The notes under the pieces are model-generated. The model worked only from the letters and a program-made list of their open reading frames with translations, was not told the origin of the DNA and made no database searches. Positions 20,864 through 30,070 of a DNA stretch of 64,000 nucleotides are shown piece after piece. Where the stretch lies: positions 928,001 to 992,000 of the forward strand of contig CAXXLV010000002.1 of the NCBI GenBank assembly GCA_963664305.2, in the 5' to 3' direction. This DNA is from an uncultured Aliarcobacter sp. (GTDB taxonomy: Bacteria > Campylobacterota > Campylobacteria > Campylobacterales > Arcobacteraceae). Each line of letters opens with the position of its first letter. Position 1 is the stretch's first letter. Both the position numbers and the translations under genes were made by a program.

Positions 20864-22094
20864 TGAAACAAAAAATATCAAAACGATACAAAGCCTAAGA
20901 GGTATGAAAGATATTGTAAATGAAGAGAGTGCTTTATTTACTTATTTTGTTGAAAATGCTTCTAGAATTGCAAAAAATTATGGCTTTTCGTATATTGAAA
21001 CTCCCCTTTTAGAAGAAACAGCTTTATTTAAAAGAAGTGTTGGAGAAAGTTCTGATATTGTAAATAAAGAGATGTATCAATTCATCGATAAAGGTGAAAA
21101 TGACGTTTGTTTAAGACCTGAAGGAACAGCAGGAGTTGTAAGACATTTTGTTGAGAAAAAACTTGACCGTGCAGGTGGAAACTATAAATGGTATTATTAT
21201 GGTCCAATGTTTAGATATGAAAGACCTCAAAAAGGAAGACTTAGAGAATTTCACCAATTTGGTTGCGAAGTATTTGGTATTGATTCAGTTTATGAAGATG
21301 CAAATATTATCATTATGATAAAAGAAATACTTGAATTTTTTGGAATAGGATTTACTTTAAAACTTAATTCTTTAGGTTGTAAAGAGTGTATGCCTCCGTA
21401 TAAAGAAAATCTAGTTAAGCATTTAACAAGTTTCAAAGAAGAACTTTGTGAAGATTGTAATAGAAGGATTTTAACTAATCCTATTAGAGTTTTAGATTGT
21501 AAAAATGAAAAATGCCAATTATTATTACACAATGCTCCAAAAATCACAACAAGTTTATGTAACTCTTGTGACAGTGATTTTGAAAAATTAAAAGAGATTT
21601 TAGATTTTAACAATATTTCTTATGAAGTTGATTCAAATTTAGTTAGAGGATTAGATTATTATAATAAAACTGCATTTGAATTTGTAAGTAATGAAATTGG
21701 TGCTCAAAGTGCAATAGCTGGTGGTGGAAGATACGATAGATTAGTTGAATTTTTAGGTGGAAAATCAACTGCAGGAATTGGATTTGCTATAGGAATTGAA
21801 AGATTATTAGAACTTGTAAAAATGCCAGAATGTAACCAAGATGTGATATACATTGGTGCTTTAGATGAAAATTCTTTAAATACAGTACTAAAAGTTGCAA
21901 ATCAAAAGAGAAAAACAACAAAAACTTTAGTAGAATACGCGCCTAGAAGTTTTGGAAAACATTTTGGAATAGCTGAAAAATTAGGAGCTAATATTGTTGC
22001 GCTAATTGGCGAAAATGAGTTAAAAAATGGAACAATTTATATAAAAAATTTAAAAACTAAAGAAGAATCAAATTTAAAATTAGAGGAATTTTAA
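20853..22094 (+). CDS. hisS: Histidine--tRNA ligase
   Basis: LRPEGTAG; FRYERPQKGRLREFHQ; LVRGLDYY; GGGRYD. Confidence 0.98.
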   Translation: MPNNETKNIKTIQSLRGMKDIVNEESALFTYFVENASRIAKNYGFSYIETPLLEETALFKRSVGESSDIVNKEMYQFIDKGENDVCLRPEGTAGVVRHFVEKKLDRAGGNYKWYYYGPMFRYERPQKGRLREFHQFGCEVFGIDSVYEDANIIIMIKEILEFFGIGFTLKLNSLGCKECMPPYKENLVKHLTSFKEELCEDCNRRILTNPIRVLDCKNEKCQLLLHNAPKITTSLCNSCDSDFEKLKEILDFNNISYEVDSNLVRGLDYYNKTAFEFVSNEIGAQSAIAGGGRYDRLVEFLGGKSTAGIGFAIGIERLLELVKMPECNQDVIYIGALDENSLNTVLKVANQKRKTTKTLVEYAPRSFGKHFGIAEKLGANIVALIGENELKNGTIYIKNLKTKEESNLKLEEF

Positions 22095-22096
22095 CA

Positions 22097-23908
22097 GTGA
22101 AAAACAATTATGGTATAGATATTTGGAGTGATGGTAATTTTATTATTGAAAATGGTGTAGCAAAAGTTAATTTTGATTGTAAGCCTTCATTAATCTCTAT
22201 TGTAAAAGATATAAGAAAACAAGATTTTAAAGGACCTTTACTATTAAGATTTCCTCATATCACAAAAAAACAAATTAAAACACTCTTTAATACATTTAAT
22301 GCGAGTATTAAAGAGTATGACTATAAAGGAAAATTCAATGCAGTTTTTCCTTTAAAAGTTAATCAATTACCAAACTTTATTCATCCCTTAGTAAGTGCAG
22401 GAAAAAAATATAATTATGGATTAGAAGCTGGAAGTAAAGCTGAACTTATTATTGCTATGACATATAACAATATGGGAAGTCCTATTACTATTAATGGATT
22501 TAAAGATAAAGAAATGATTCATTTATGTTTCATTGCAAAAAGTATGGGACATAATATTACAATTATTATTGAAGGTTTAAATGAACTTGAGATGATTATT
22601 GAAGTTGCAAAAGAGACAAAATTAGAATCTCCAAACATTGGATTAAGAGTAAGACTTCACAGTGGAGGAAGTGGATTATGGGCAAAAAGTGGAGGGATTA
22701 ACTCTAAATTTGGTCTAACATCTACTGAAATTTTAGAAGCTTATGAATTAATGGAAGAGCATGATTTAGTAAAATATTTAACAATGATTCACTTCCATAT
22801 TGGTTCAGCTATGAATTCAATCAAACCTTTGAAAAAAGCTTTAAGAGAATCTGGACATATTTATGCAGAGTTAAAAAATCTTGGAGCAATGAATTTAACA
22901 TCAATTAATATTGGTGGAGGATTAGCTGTTGAATATAGTGCTTATGAAAGAACAAGATTCTATTCACTTTCAGAATTTGCAAATGATGTTGTGTTTACAT
23001 TAAAAGAGATTGCAAAACAAAAAGGTGTTGATGAACCAAATATTTTCACTGAATCAGGAAGATTTATTAGTGCTGCTTCAACTGTTTTAATTACTCCAGT
23101 TCTTGAACTATTCTCTGCTGAATATGAACTTGACCATTTAAAATTAAAAGAGAAAAATCCACCTTTAATTCAAGAATTATTTGACTTATTTAGAGATATG
23201 ACTAAAAAAACAGCTTATGAGTTTATGCACGATAGTATTGACCATATGGAATCTTTATTAACTCTATTTGATTTAGGTTATATTGATTTACAAGATAGAT
23301 CAAATGCTGAGATTTTAACACATCAAATTATCAAAAAAGCTATTTCATTACTTCAAATTGATGATTATGAAGAGTTAAAAAAACTTGATGAGAATATTCA
23401 AGAAAAATATTTATTAAACTTCTCATTATTCCAATCATTACCAGATTATTGGGGAATTGACCAAGAATTTCCAATCATGCCAATAACACATCTTGATAGA
23501 AATCCTACAAGAAGTGCATCATTATGGGATATTACTTGTGATAGTGATGGTGAATTACCATTTGATATCAAAAAACCTTTATATTTACATGATGTAAATT
23601 TAAATAAAGAGGATTATTTTATTGGTTTCTTTAATGTTGGAGCTTATCAAGATACATTAGGAATGAAACATAATCTTTTCTCTCATCCAACAGAAGTAAA
23701 TGTTGTATTTAAAGATGATGAAGTTATTTTAGAAAAAGTATTAGAATCTCAAAAAATTATAGATATATTAGAAGATATTGATTATGATACAGATGAAATT
23801 AGAAAAATTTTAAGTAAACACTTATCAAAAGATATTTATCAAGTATTAGAAAAATATCTAAATGAAAATAGTTACTTAAAAACTATATGGAGTTATTATG
23901 ACGAATGA
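22097..23908 (+). CDS. speA: Biosynthetic arginine decarboxylase
   Basis: FPLKVNQ; GLEAGSKAEL; HFHIGS; ESGRF; DITCDSDG. Confidence 0.96.
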   Translation: MKNNYGIDIWSDGNFIIENGVAKVNFDCKPSLISIVKDIRKQDFKGPLLLRFPHITKKQIKTLFNTFNASIKEYDYKGKFNAVFPLKVNQLPNFIHPLVSAGKKYNYGLEAGSKAELIIAMTYNNMGSPITINGFKDKEMIHLCFIAKSMGHNITIIIEGLNELEMIIEVAKETKLESPNIGLRVRLHSGGSGLWAKSGGINSKFGLTSTEILEAYELMEEHDLVKYLTMIHFHIGSAMNSIKPLKKALRESGHIYAELKNLGAMNLTSINIGGGLAVEYSAYERTRFYSLSEFANDVVFTLKEIAKQKGVDEPNIFTESGRFISAASTVLITPVLELFSAEYELDHLKLKEKNPPLIQELFDLFRDMTKKTAYEFMHDSIDHMESLLTLFDLGYIDLQDRSNAEILTHQIIKKAISLLQIDDYEELKKLDENIQEKYLLNFSLFQSLPDYWGIDQEFPIMPITHLDRNPTRSASLWDITCDSDGELPFDIKKPLYLHDVNLNKEDYFIGFFNVGAYQDTLGMKHNLFSHPTEVNVVFKDDEVILEKVLESQKIIDILEDIDYDTDEIRKILSKHLSKDIYQVLEKYLNENSYLKTIWSYYDE

Positions 23909-24647
23909 TGAAATAAATAATAAAGAAAATATCTCTTTATGGCAACAGATAAAAGAGGATTTTTCTGTTCCAAAATTAAATGACCCAGCATTAGATTCAA
24001 ATATTGAACTATTTTTCAACTATCCAGGTGTTTGGGCAATTGCAAATCATAGAATTGCACATAAATTATATAATAGCGGTTGGAAAAAACTAGCTCGAGC
24101 TCTTGTAGGAATTGGTTCAATTTTTACTAAAACAGATATTCATCCAGCTGCAACTATTGGAAGAAGAGTATTTATCGACCATGCAATTGGAGTTGTAATT
24201 GGTGCAACTGCTATTGTTGAAGATGATGTTTTAATCTATCAAGGTGTAACACTTGGTGGAGTAAGTCTTAACAAAGGGAAAAGACATCCAACAATTAAAT
24301 CAAATGTGGTAATTGGAAGTGGAGCAAAAGTTTTAGGAAATATAACTATTGGTCAAAACTCAAAAATTGGAGCAAATTCAGTTGTAGTTTGTGATGTTCC
24401 TGAAAATTCAACTGCTGTTGGTGTTCCTGCAAAAATTATAAAAAGAGATAATAAAAATTGTAAATTAGCCCATGGTGATTTACCTGATATCAACAAAGAG
24501 ATGTTTAAATATCTACTTGAAAGAATCCATGTTCTTGAAGTTGCTTTAAAAGAAGAAGATGGAATTGATGTTAGTGAAAAAGATGAAAAATTAGAATCAG
24601 ATTATAATAATTTTATAGAGGCAATGAACTCAATCAAAAAGGCTTAA
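23898..24647 (+). CDS. cysE: Serine O-acetyltransferase
   Basis: DIHPAATIGRRVFIDH; QGVTLGG; KRHPT; VGVPAK. Confidence 0.96.
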   Translation: MTNDEINNKENISLWQQIKEDFSVPKLNDPALDSNIELFFNYPGVWAIANHRIAHKLYNSGWKKLARALVGIGSIFTKTDIHPAATIGRRVFIDHAIGVVIGATAIVEDDVLIYQGVTLGGVSLNKGKRHPTIKSNVVIGSGAKVLGNITIGQNSKIGANSVVVCDVPENSTAVGVPAKIIKRDNKNCKLAHGDLPDINKEMFKYLLERIHVLEVALKEEDGIDVSEKDEKLESDYNNFIEAMNSIKKA

Positions 24648-24648
24648 T

Positions 24649-25386
24649 TTGATTTTTGAATTATTAGCTTTTGGTTTAATTGCTGGTTTTATGTCTGGTT
24701 TTTTTGGAATTGGAGGAGGAACTATCCTTGTTCCAATTTTAGTTCTTGCTGGATTTATGATGAAAGAAGCCGTTGCAATATCTATCATGCAAATGGTTTT
24801 TTCTTCAATTTACGGCTCATTCTTAAATGTAAAAAAAGCTCAATATGTTTTAAAAGATGGTTTAATAATTGGCTTTGGAGGTTTCGTTGGTGGACTTCAA
24901 AGTGGATTTATTGTAAAAAATGTTTCAAATGAATTTTTACAATATATCTTTATAGCTGTTTTAGTTTTTTCTATAGTTAAAATCTTTTATTCTCCAGCTC
25001 AAAGAATAGATGAAGAGACGAAAAGTCAAAATAAATTTATCTTATTTGTAATTGGTTTTTTCATTGGAGCAGTTGCAATGAGTATTGGAATTGGTGGTTC
25101 TATAATTTTAGCTCCAATTTTAGTAGGTTTTTTAAGATATGATTTAAAAGTAGCAACAGCACTTGGACTATTTTTTGTAATTTTTTCTTCTGTTGCAGGA
25201 TTTATTTCTCAATCTTTACAAGGATTAATGCTTTATTATGAAGGTTCTATTATAGGTATTGCTTCATTAGTTGGAGTATATTTTGGAATAAAAGTAAAAA
25301 ACATGGTTCATTCTACTTCATATAAAAAGTACGTTTTACTTTTAAGTATAGTAGTTCTTATTATTATGATTTATAAGACTTTTTAG
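24649..25386 (+). CDS. TauE/SafE (DUF81) sulfite exporter-family membrane protein
   Basis: GFFGIGGGTILVP and repeat SIGIGGSIILAP; about 8 TM segments. Confidence 0.88.
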   Translation: MIFELLAFGLIAGFMSGFFGIGGGTILVPILVLAGFMMKEAVAISIMQMVFSSIYGSFLNVKKAQYVLKDGLIIGFGGFVGGLQSGFIVKNVSNEFLQYIFIAVLVFSIVKIFYSPAQRIDEETKSQNKFILFVIGFFIGAVAMSIGIGGSIILAPILVGFLRYDLKVATALGLFFVIFSSVAGFISQSLQGLMLYYEGSIIGIASLVGVYFGIKVKNMVHSTSYKKYVLLLSIVVLIIMIYKTF

Positions 25387-25388
25387 TC

Positions 25389-26615
25389 TTATAAATTTTT
25401 TTGCTCTCTTAATTTATCTTTTTTACTTTTTCTTTTACCTTTTACAGGCGCATTTCCTTTTTCTTTTTTTATTGGTTTTCCAATTAATTCAAAACTTTCT
25501 ATCTCTTCTTTTTCTAATTTTATGTCGCATCTCTTTTCTATCAAAGAAAAATGTTCAAAATCTTCTAATCCTATAAATGATATAGCAATTCCACTTTTTC
25601 CAGCTCGTCCAGTTCTTCCAATTCTATGTATATAATCAGCTGTTGCTCTTGGTAAATCATAATTTACAACACAACTTATATCATCCACATGAAGTCCACG
25701 TGCTGCAATATCTGTGGCAAATAAAATCTTTATTTTTTTATTTTTAAAATCCTCAATTGTTTTATTTCTTTCATCTTGAGTTAAATCAGCATGAAAAGAA
25801 GAGGCATTAAATCCATATTTTCTAAATTTTGAAGCTATATTGTCACAAGCTCTTTTATTTGCCATAAAAACTAAAATTTGTTCCCAATTATTTGTAGATA
25901 CAAGATGTCTTAAAAGTGGGCTTCGATTTTCTATATTTACAGTTATTGCTCTTTGTTTGATACTTTGTACTGTTGGTGTTTCATCAATAGAAACTTCGAT
26001 AGCATTTTTTGTAATTTTTGAAATAATATTTTTTACTTTTAAAGGATAAGTTGCAGAAAAAAGAAGATTTTGTCTAGTTTTTGGAATCATTTCTAAAAGT
26101 GTATCTAACTCTTGTTCAAATCCTAAATCAAGCATTTTATCAGCTTCATCTAAAACCAAAAATTCTAACTTCGATAAATCTAATTGTTTTTTATCTAATA
26201 TATCAACTAATCTTCCAGTAGTTGCAACAACTATATCACAACCTTTTTGAATATCTAAAAGTTGAGTTGAAATACTTTCTCCACCAATAACACTCACTAT
26301 CTTTGGTTTTTTATCTAAGTATTTAGAAAATAAAGAAAAAGTATGAGAAATTTGTAAAGCTAATTCTCTTGTAGGAGTTAAAACTAAAACTTTTACTTTA
26401 GCTTTTCCTTCATAATTTTGTTTTGAAAAAAGTTCTAAAATAGGCAAAACAAAACTTGCTGTTTTTCCACTTCCTGTTTGAGCTTTTGCCATAATATCTT
26501 TTTTTTCTAAAATAAGTGGGATTACTTTTTCTTGAATTGGTGTTGGATTTTTATAATTACTCTCTTTTAAACTTTTATTTAAATCTTGAGAAATGATTAG
26601 TTTTGAAAATGGCAT
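25389..26615 (-). CDS. DEAD-box RNA helicase (RhlE-like)
   Basis: Q motif; AQTGSGKT; PTRELA; DEAD; SAT; HRIGRTGRAG. Confidence 0.96.
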   Translation of the reverse strand: MPFSKLIISQDLNKSLKESNYKNPTPIQEKVIPLILEKKDIMAKAQTGSGKTASFVLPILELFSKQNYEGKAKVKVLVLTPTRELALQISHTFSLFSKYLDKKPKIVSVIGGESISTQLLDIQKGCDIVVATTGRLVDILDKKQLDLSKLEFLVLDEADKMLDLGFEQELDTLLEMIPKTRQNLLFSATYPLKVKNIISKITKNAIEVSIDETPTVQSIKQRAITVNIENRSPLLRHLVSTNNWEQILVFMANKRACDNIASKFRKYGFNASSFHADLTQDERNKTIEDFKNKKIKILFATDIAARGLHVDDISCVVNYDLPRATADYIHRIGRTGRAGKSGIAISFIGLEDFEHFSLIEKRCDIKLEKEEIESFELIGKPIKKEKGNAPVKGKRKSKKDKLREQKNL

Positions 26616-26749
26616 ATAAAAAATCCTTTTTTTTGATTTTGTATTTTATGATTATTTACCTTTGTTTGAAGATAGATTATCAAATCTCTATTTTTACTTT
26701 TAGTTTCTATACTATATAATTCCAAAAAATTTTCACTAAAGGCTTACAA

Positions 26750-27217
26750 ATCGAAAACTCCATTTTACAAATAAAACTTACTTTAGTTTTGATATATGAA
26801 TTTTTGTTATCTTCTTACGATGTTCCTGTTTGGCTATTACTGATTATCTCTATTTTAGCTTTAACTTCAATTTTTAAATTTTTTATCTATCTTCAAAATC
26901 GTTCAAAAATAGAATATTTAAAATATATTGAAGATAATATTTATAATGCAAAATGGAAATGGAAATGGTCAAAAAATAAAATTGTAGATTTACAATGTTA
27001 CTGTCCAACTTGTGATGCAGTTTTAGTTTATGATGATACATCTCACATAAAACCAACTGAACTATTAAAAACTGAATTTATATGTGAAAATTGTAATTCT
27101 CAAATTATTGCAACTATTCGTGGAGGAAATAAAAACTACGCTATAAATGCTGTAAAACGAGAAATAGAAAGACGTGTTAGAACTGAAGAGTACAAAACAA
27201 GTATTAAAGATAATTAA
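26750..27217 (+). CDS. Membrane-anchored zinc-ribbon protein (start uncertain: ATC 26750 or TTG 26789)
   Basis: Hydrophobic N-terminal segment; CPTC...CENC; TATAAT at 26715 and AAAGG RBS 7 nt before an in-frame ATC. Confidence 0.7.
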   Translation: MENSILQIKLTLVLIYEFLLSSYDVPVWLLLIISILALTSIFKFFIYLQNRSKIEYLKYIEDNIYNAKWKWKWSKNKIVDLQCYCPTCDAVLVYDDTSHIKPTELLKTEFICENCNSQIIATIRGGNKNYAINAVKREIERRVRTEEYKTSIKDN

Positions 27218-27231
27218 TACTTGTTTCTTCT

Positions 27232-27741
27232 TTAAAACCAATATTGTGGATAATTTCTATTTTTATGTAAATTATTATAAAAAAGTGCCACAATTACTAA
27301 AATAATAGACCCCAATAAAGTTGGAAAAATCAAATAATCCCAATTTGCACCAAGTAAAAAAACTATCAAAGGATTCGAACCTGCTGGTGGATGAACTGTA
27401 TTTGTTGCAAGCATAACAGCAATTGCAGTAGCAAGTGCTAAGGCCATACTCCAATATTCATTTCCTAAAAAATGTAAAAAAGCTAATCCAATAAATGTAG
27501 ATAAAAAATGCCCTAAGATTACATTTCTTGGTTGTGAAAATGGACTTTTTGGAAATCCAAATAATAATACACATGAGGCTCCAAAAGAACCCATAACTAA
27601 AAGATTATCATAAGATTTTGTAAGATAACCAATAATAAATATAGAAATAAATCCACCAAACCAAGCAAAGGCTATTTCACTAATTGACGATTTTGTTGGA
27701 AGTGCTTCGCCCTGCCCTTTAAATTTTTTAAAATAATTCAT
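27232..27741 (-). CDS. HPP-family membrane protein
   Basis: SFGASCVLLFGFPKSPFSQPRN; VHPPAG. Confidence 0.93.
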   Translation of the reverse strand: MNYFKKFKGQGEALPTKSSISEIAFAWFGGFISIFIIGYLTKSYDNLLVMGSFGASCVLLFGFPKSPFSQPRNVILGHFLSTFIGLAFLHFLGNEYWSMALALATAIAVMLATNTVHPPAGSNPLIVFLLGANWDYLIFPTLLGSIILVIVALFYNNLHKNRNYPQYWF

Positions 27742-27769
27742 ATTTTTCCTTTGTAATATTTTATATCAA

Positions 27770-27784
27770 CCAAACGATTGTTTG
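27770..27784. promoter_or_regulatory. Putative TetR operator (copy 2), upstream of the HPP gene
   Basis: ccaaacgattgtttg, 15/15 identical to the copy at 28371. Confidence 0.75.
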
Positions 27785-27807
27785 TTTAAAAAAGGTAAAA
27801 AAAATCA

Positions 27808-28362
27808 TTAGATTAAACTAATGATTTTTTCACCTACTTTTAGATAATTTTGCGATGAATCATATAAATTCATCATCATTATGGTACCTTGAGTTAAAGC
27901 TACATACTCTTTGGCTAGATTTGATGCTTCAGTTTTTGAGTATTTGTTCTCAAAGATTTTTATTAAAGCATTTTCCCAATCTGTAAAATAAAGCTTTATC
28001 TCTTCTTTAAAATCAAGATTTAAACTACTAGCTTCCAAAGCTAAATTTCCAAGTAGACAACCACCTTTACTATGTAAAAAATAGTCATCAGTTTTTTTGA
28101 CTATTAGCTCGATTTTTTGTTTATCACTCAAATCACTTCTATAAGCAATAGAAAAAATCTCTTTTTTAAAATAATCATGAATATACTTCAAAGATTCTAA
28201 ACCTATCTCTTCTTTACTTTTAAAATGATGATAAACACTTCCTTTTATAAGCCCGCAAGCCTCAGCTATATTTGCCATTGAAGTATTTGAATATCCTCGT
28301 ATTTTAAAAAGTTTAATAGATTCTTTTAAAATCTCTTCTTTTGATGTTTTTTTGATTGCCAT
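27808..28362 (-). CDS. TetR/AcrR-family transcriptional regulator
   Basis: HTH TSMANIAEACGLIKGSVYHHFKSKEE; GGCLLGN (NemR-like C-terminal domain); start ATG 28362. Confidence 0.93.
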   Translation of the reverse strand: MAIKKTSKEEILKESIKLFKIRGYSNTSMANIAEACGLIKGSVYHHFKSKEEIGLESLKYIHDYFKKEIFSIAYRSDLSDKQKIELIVKKTDDYFLHSKGGCLLGNLALEASSLNLDFKEEIKLYFTDWENALIKIFENKYSKTEASNLAKEYVALTQGTIMMMNLYDSSQNYLKVGEKIISLI

Positions 28363-28370
28363 AATTTTAT

Positions 28371-28386
28371 CCAAACGATTGTTTGG
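28371..28386. promoter_or_regulatory. Putative TetR autoregulatory operator (copy 1)
   Basis: Palindrome ccaaac-gatt-gtttgg, 8 nt upstream of the tetR ATG. Confidence 0.8.
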
Positions 28387-28430
28387 TAAAACTTTAGCTT
28401 ATGGTAGCTTAAAGAATTATTCATAAAATT

Positions 28431-29111
28431 TTATTTTAATTTATTTTCTAAATTCACCATTTTAAATATGTGAGTATAAATATTAACATCCAAAGCATTT
28501 TCTACCATTTTGTATTTATCATCTTCTGACATTTCATTCCAACCCTTTAATTGTTTATAATCAATACCTTTATATGATAATAATTCTTCAGGTATAATTT
28601 CTTGAATTCTTATTTTTAATTTTTTTATATCTTCATCTAAATTAATTGAAATTGGAGTTATAAAATTATTACTAATAATTTTCAACATTAAATTAAATAA
28701 AATATCTGAAAAATATTCATAAAATTTTGTACAAGTTGCATCTTCAGTTAAAGGGAATAGAAGTTTAGTATCTTCAAATAAAAATATAATATTATATTTT
28801 GATAAATTTGAATGAGCCAATAAATTTCTTATTCTTCTAATTCCATATTCTTCATTGTTCAAAAACTCATATTCAATTTCACTAATATAATTTTTTTCTT
28901 TAAGTTTTTTAATAATATCTACAAAATTAATTTTATCAAATTTTCTTATTTGAGATTTAGCAATATTTTCTAAAATATTAAACAAATATATTAATGAAGC
29001 ATGTCCACTAAAATTCTCAACTTTAATTATTTCTTCACAAGATATTAACAAATTTCCATAATATCGTGAATATTGCCAAATATAACCTATTACTTCTTGT
29101 TTTGTATACAT
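28431..29111 (-). CDS. Hypothetical protein with HEPN-like RxxxxH motif
   Basis: Helical protein with IRRIRNLLAHS; upstream LENIAK. Confidence 0.6.
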   Translation of the reverse strand: MYTKQEVIGYIWQYSRYYGNLLISCEEIIKVENFSGHASLIYLFNILENIAKSQIRKFDKINFVDIIKKLKEKNYISEIEYEFLNNEEYGIRRIRNLLAHSNLSKYNIIFLFEDTKLLFPLTEDATCTKFYEYFSDILFNLMLKIISNNFITPISINLDEDIKKLKIRIQEIIPEELLSYKGIDYKQLKGWNEMSEDDKYKMVENALDVNIYTHIFKMVNLENKLK

Positions 29112-29137
29112 AAAATATAAATTCCCTTATTTCATAT

Positions 29138-29503
29138 TCATAATTTCTTCAAAGCATTATGTTCAAACAAAAACATCAAAGTTTCATTTACATAATATTT
29201 TATAGAATCTCTTGTGATTTTATCTAGCTTATATACTTTTTGTCCTCGAATACTTTTTCCTTTTCCAAAAAGAAAATTGTATTTATCACTTATATATCGA
29301 CCTCTAAACCAACCAATATGAATATAATTTTCTTTGACTTTTATATAACAAAATCCACCCTCTTTGGAATAAAGCGTAGTTATATTTTCACTATATTTTT
29401 CTTTTGCATCATTTACAATACAAATTTTTATAAAATCTCTTACATTCAAAAAAAGTTCAGCATATTCGCCATTGCTATCTTTTTCAAAAGAGGTTCTTTT
29501 CAT
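29138..29503 (-). CDS. DUF1801/YdhG-like protein
   Basis: HIGWFRGRYISDKYNFLFGKGKSIRG resembles the DUF1801 C-terminal motif. Confidence 0.6.
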   Translation of the reverse strand: MKRTSFEKDSNGEYAELFLNVRDFIKICIVNDAKEKYSENITTLYSKEGGFCYIKVKENYIHIGWFRGRYISDKYNFLFGKGKSIRGQKVYKLDKITRDSIKYYVNETLMFLFEHNALKKL

Positions 29504-30070
29504 CTATTTTATTTTTAACTCTTTAGAAGTATCATAAACCAGTTCATAATAGTTATTGTTGTTATATGAAAACTCTTTTATAACTTCAAGTCCAATTTTT
29601 CTAGTGTGTGCTTCATACGACCTTTGATTTATTTTATTTATAAAAGTTACAAGGATAGGAAATCTTTTTGCCATATTCTCTCTTGCAAAATCAAAAAGTT
29701 TTTCTAAAACTTGTTTTCCTCTATACTCTTTATCCACACAAACAGGACCATATTGATATGAATTTTTTGTAGTTAATTTTTGTCCTATATACTCCAGATT
29801 TTTTAAGTCTTCTATCATATAAACAAACATTGGCCATCTTGACCAAAAATCCCAAGATGCACTCATTACATAAGCAATTACTCTTTCATCTTCAACTGCT
29901 ATAAATAAACCTTGCTCTAAAGTTATCAAATCAACCATTTGCTCTTTTGTAAAAGCAGTTGTTATAAATCCATCTTTTTTATCTTCTTCATTTATAGTAT
30001 TGATTTGATATTTTGCGTGTAACTCTAAAACTTTTTCTATATCATTTATTTTTGCTATTTTAAAATTCAT
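29504..30070 (-). CDS. GNAT-family acetyltransferase
   Basis: YGPVCVDKEYRGK; INQRSYEAH. Confidence 0.82.
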   Translation of the reverse strand: MNFKIAKINDIEKVLELHAKYQINTINEEDKKDGFITTAFTKEQMVDLITLEQGLFIAVEDERVIAYVMSASWDFWSRWPMFVYMIEDLKNLEYIGQKLTTKNSYQYGPVCVDKEYRGKQVLEKLFDFARENMAKRFPILVTFINKINQRSYEAHTRKIGLEVIKEFSYNNNNYYELVYDTSKELKIK

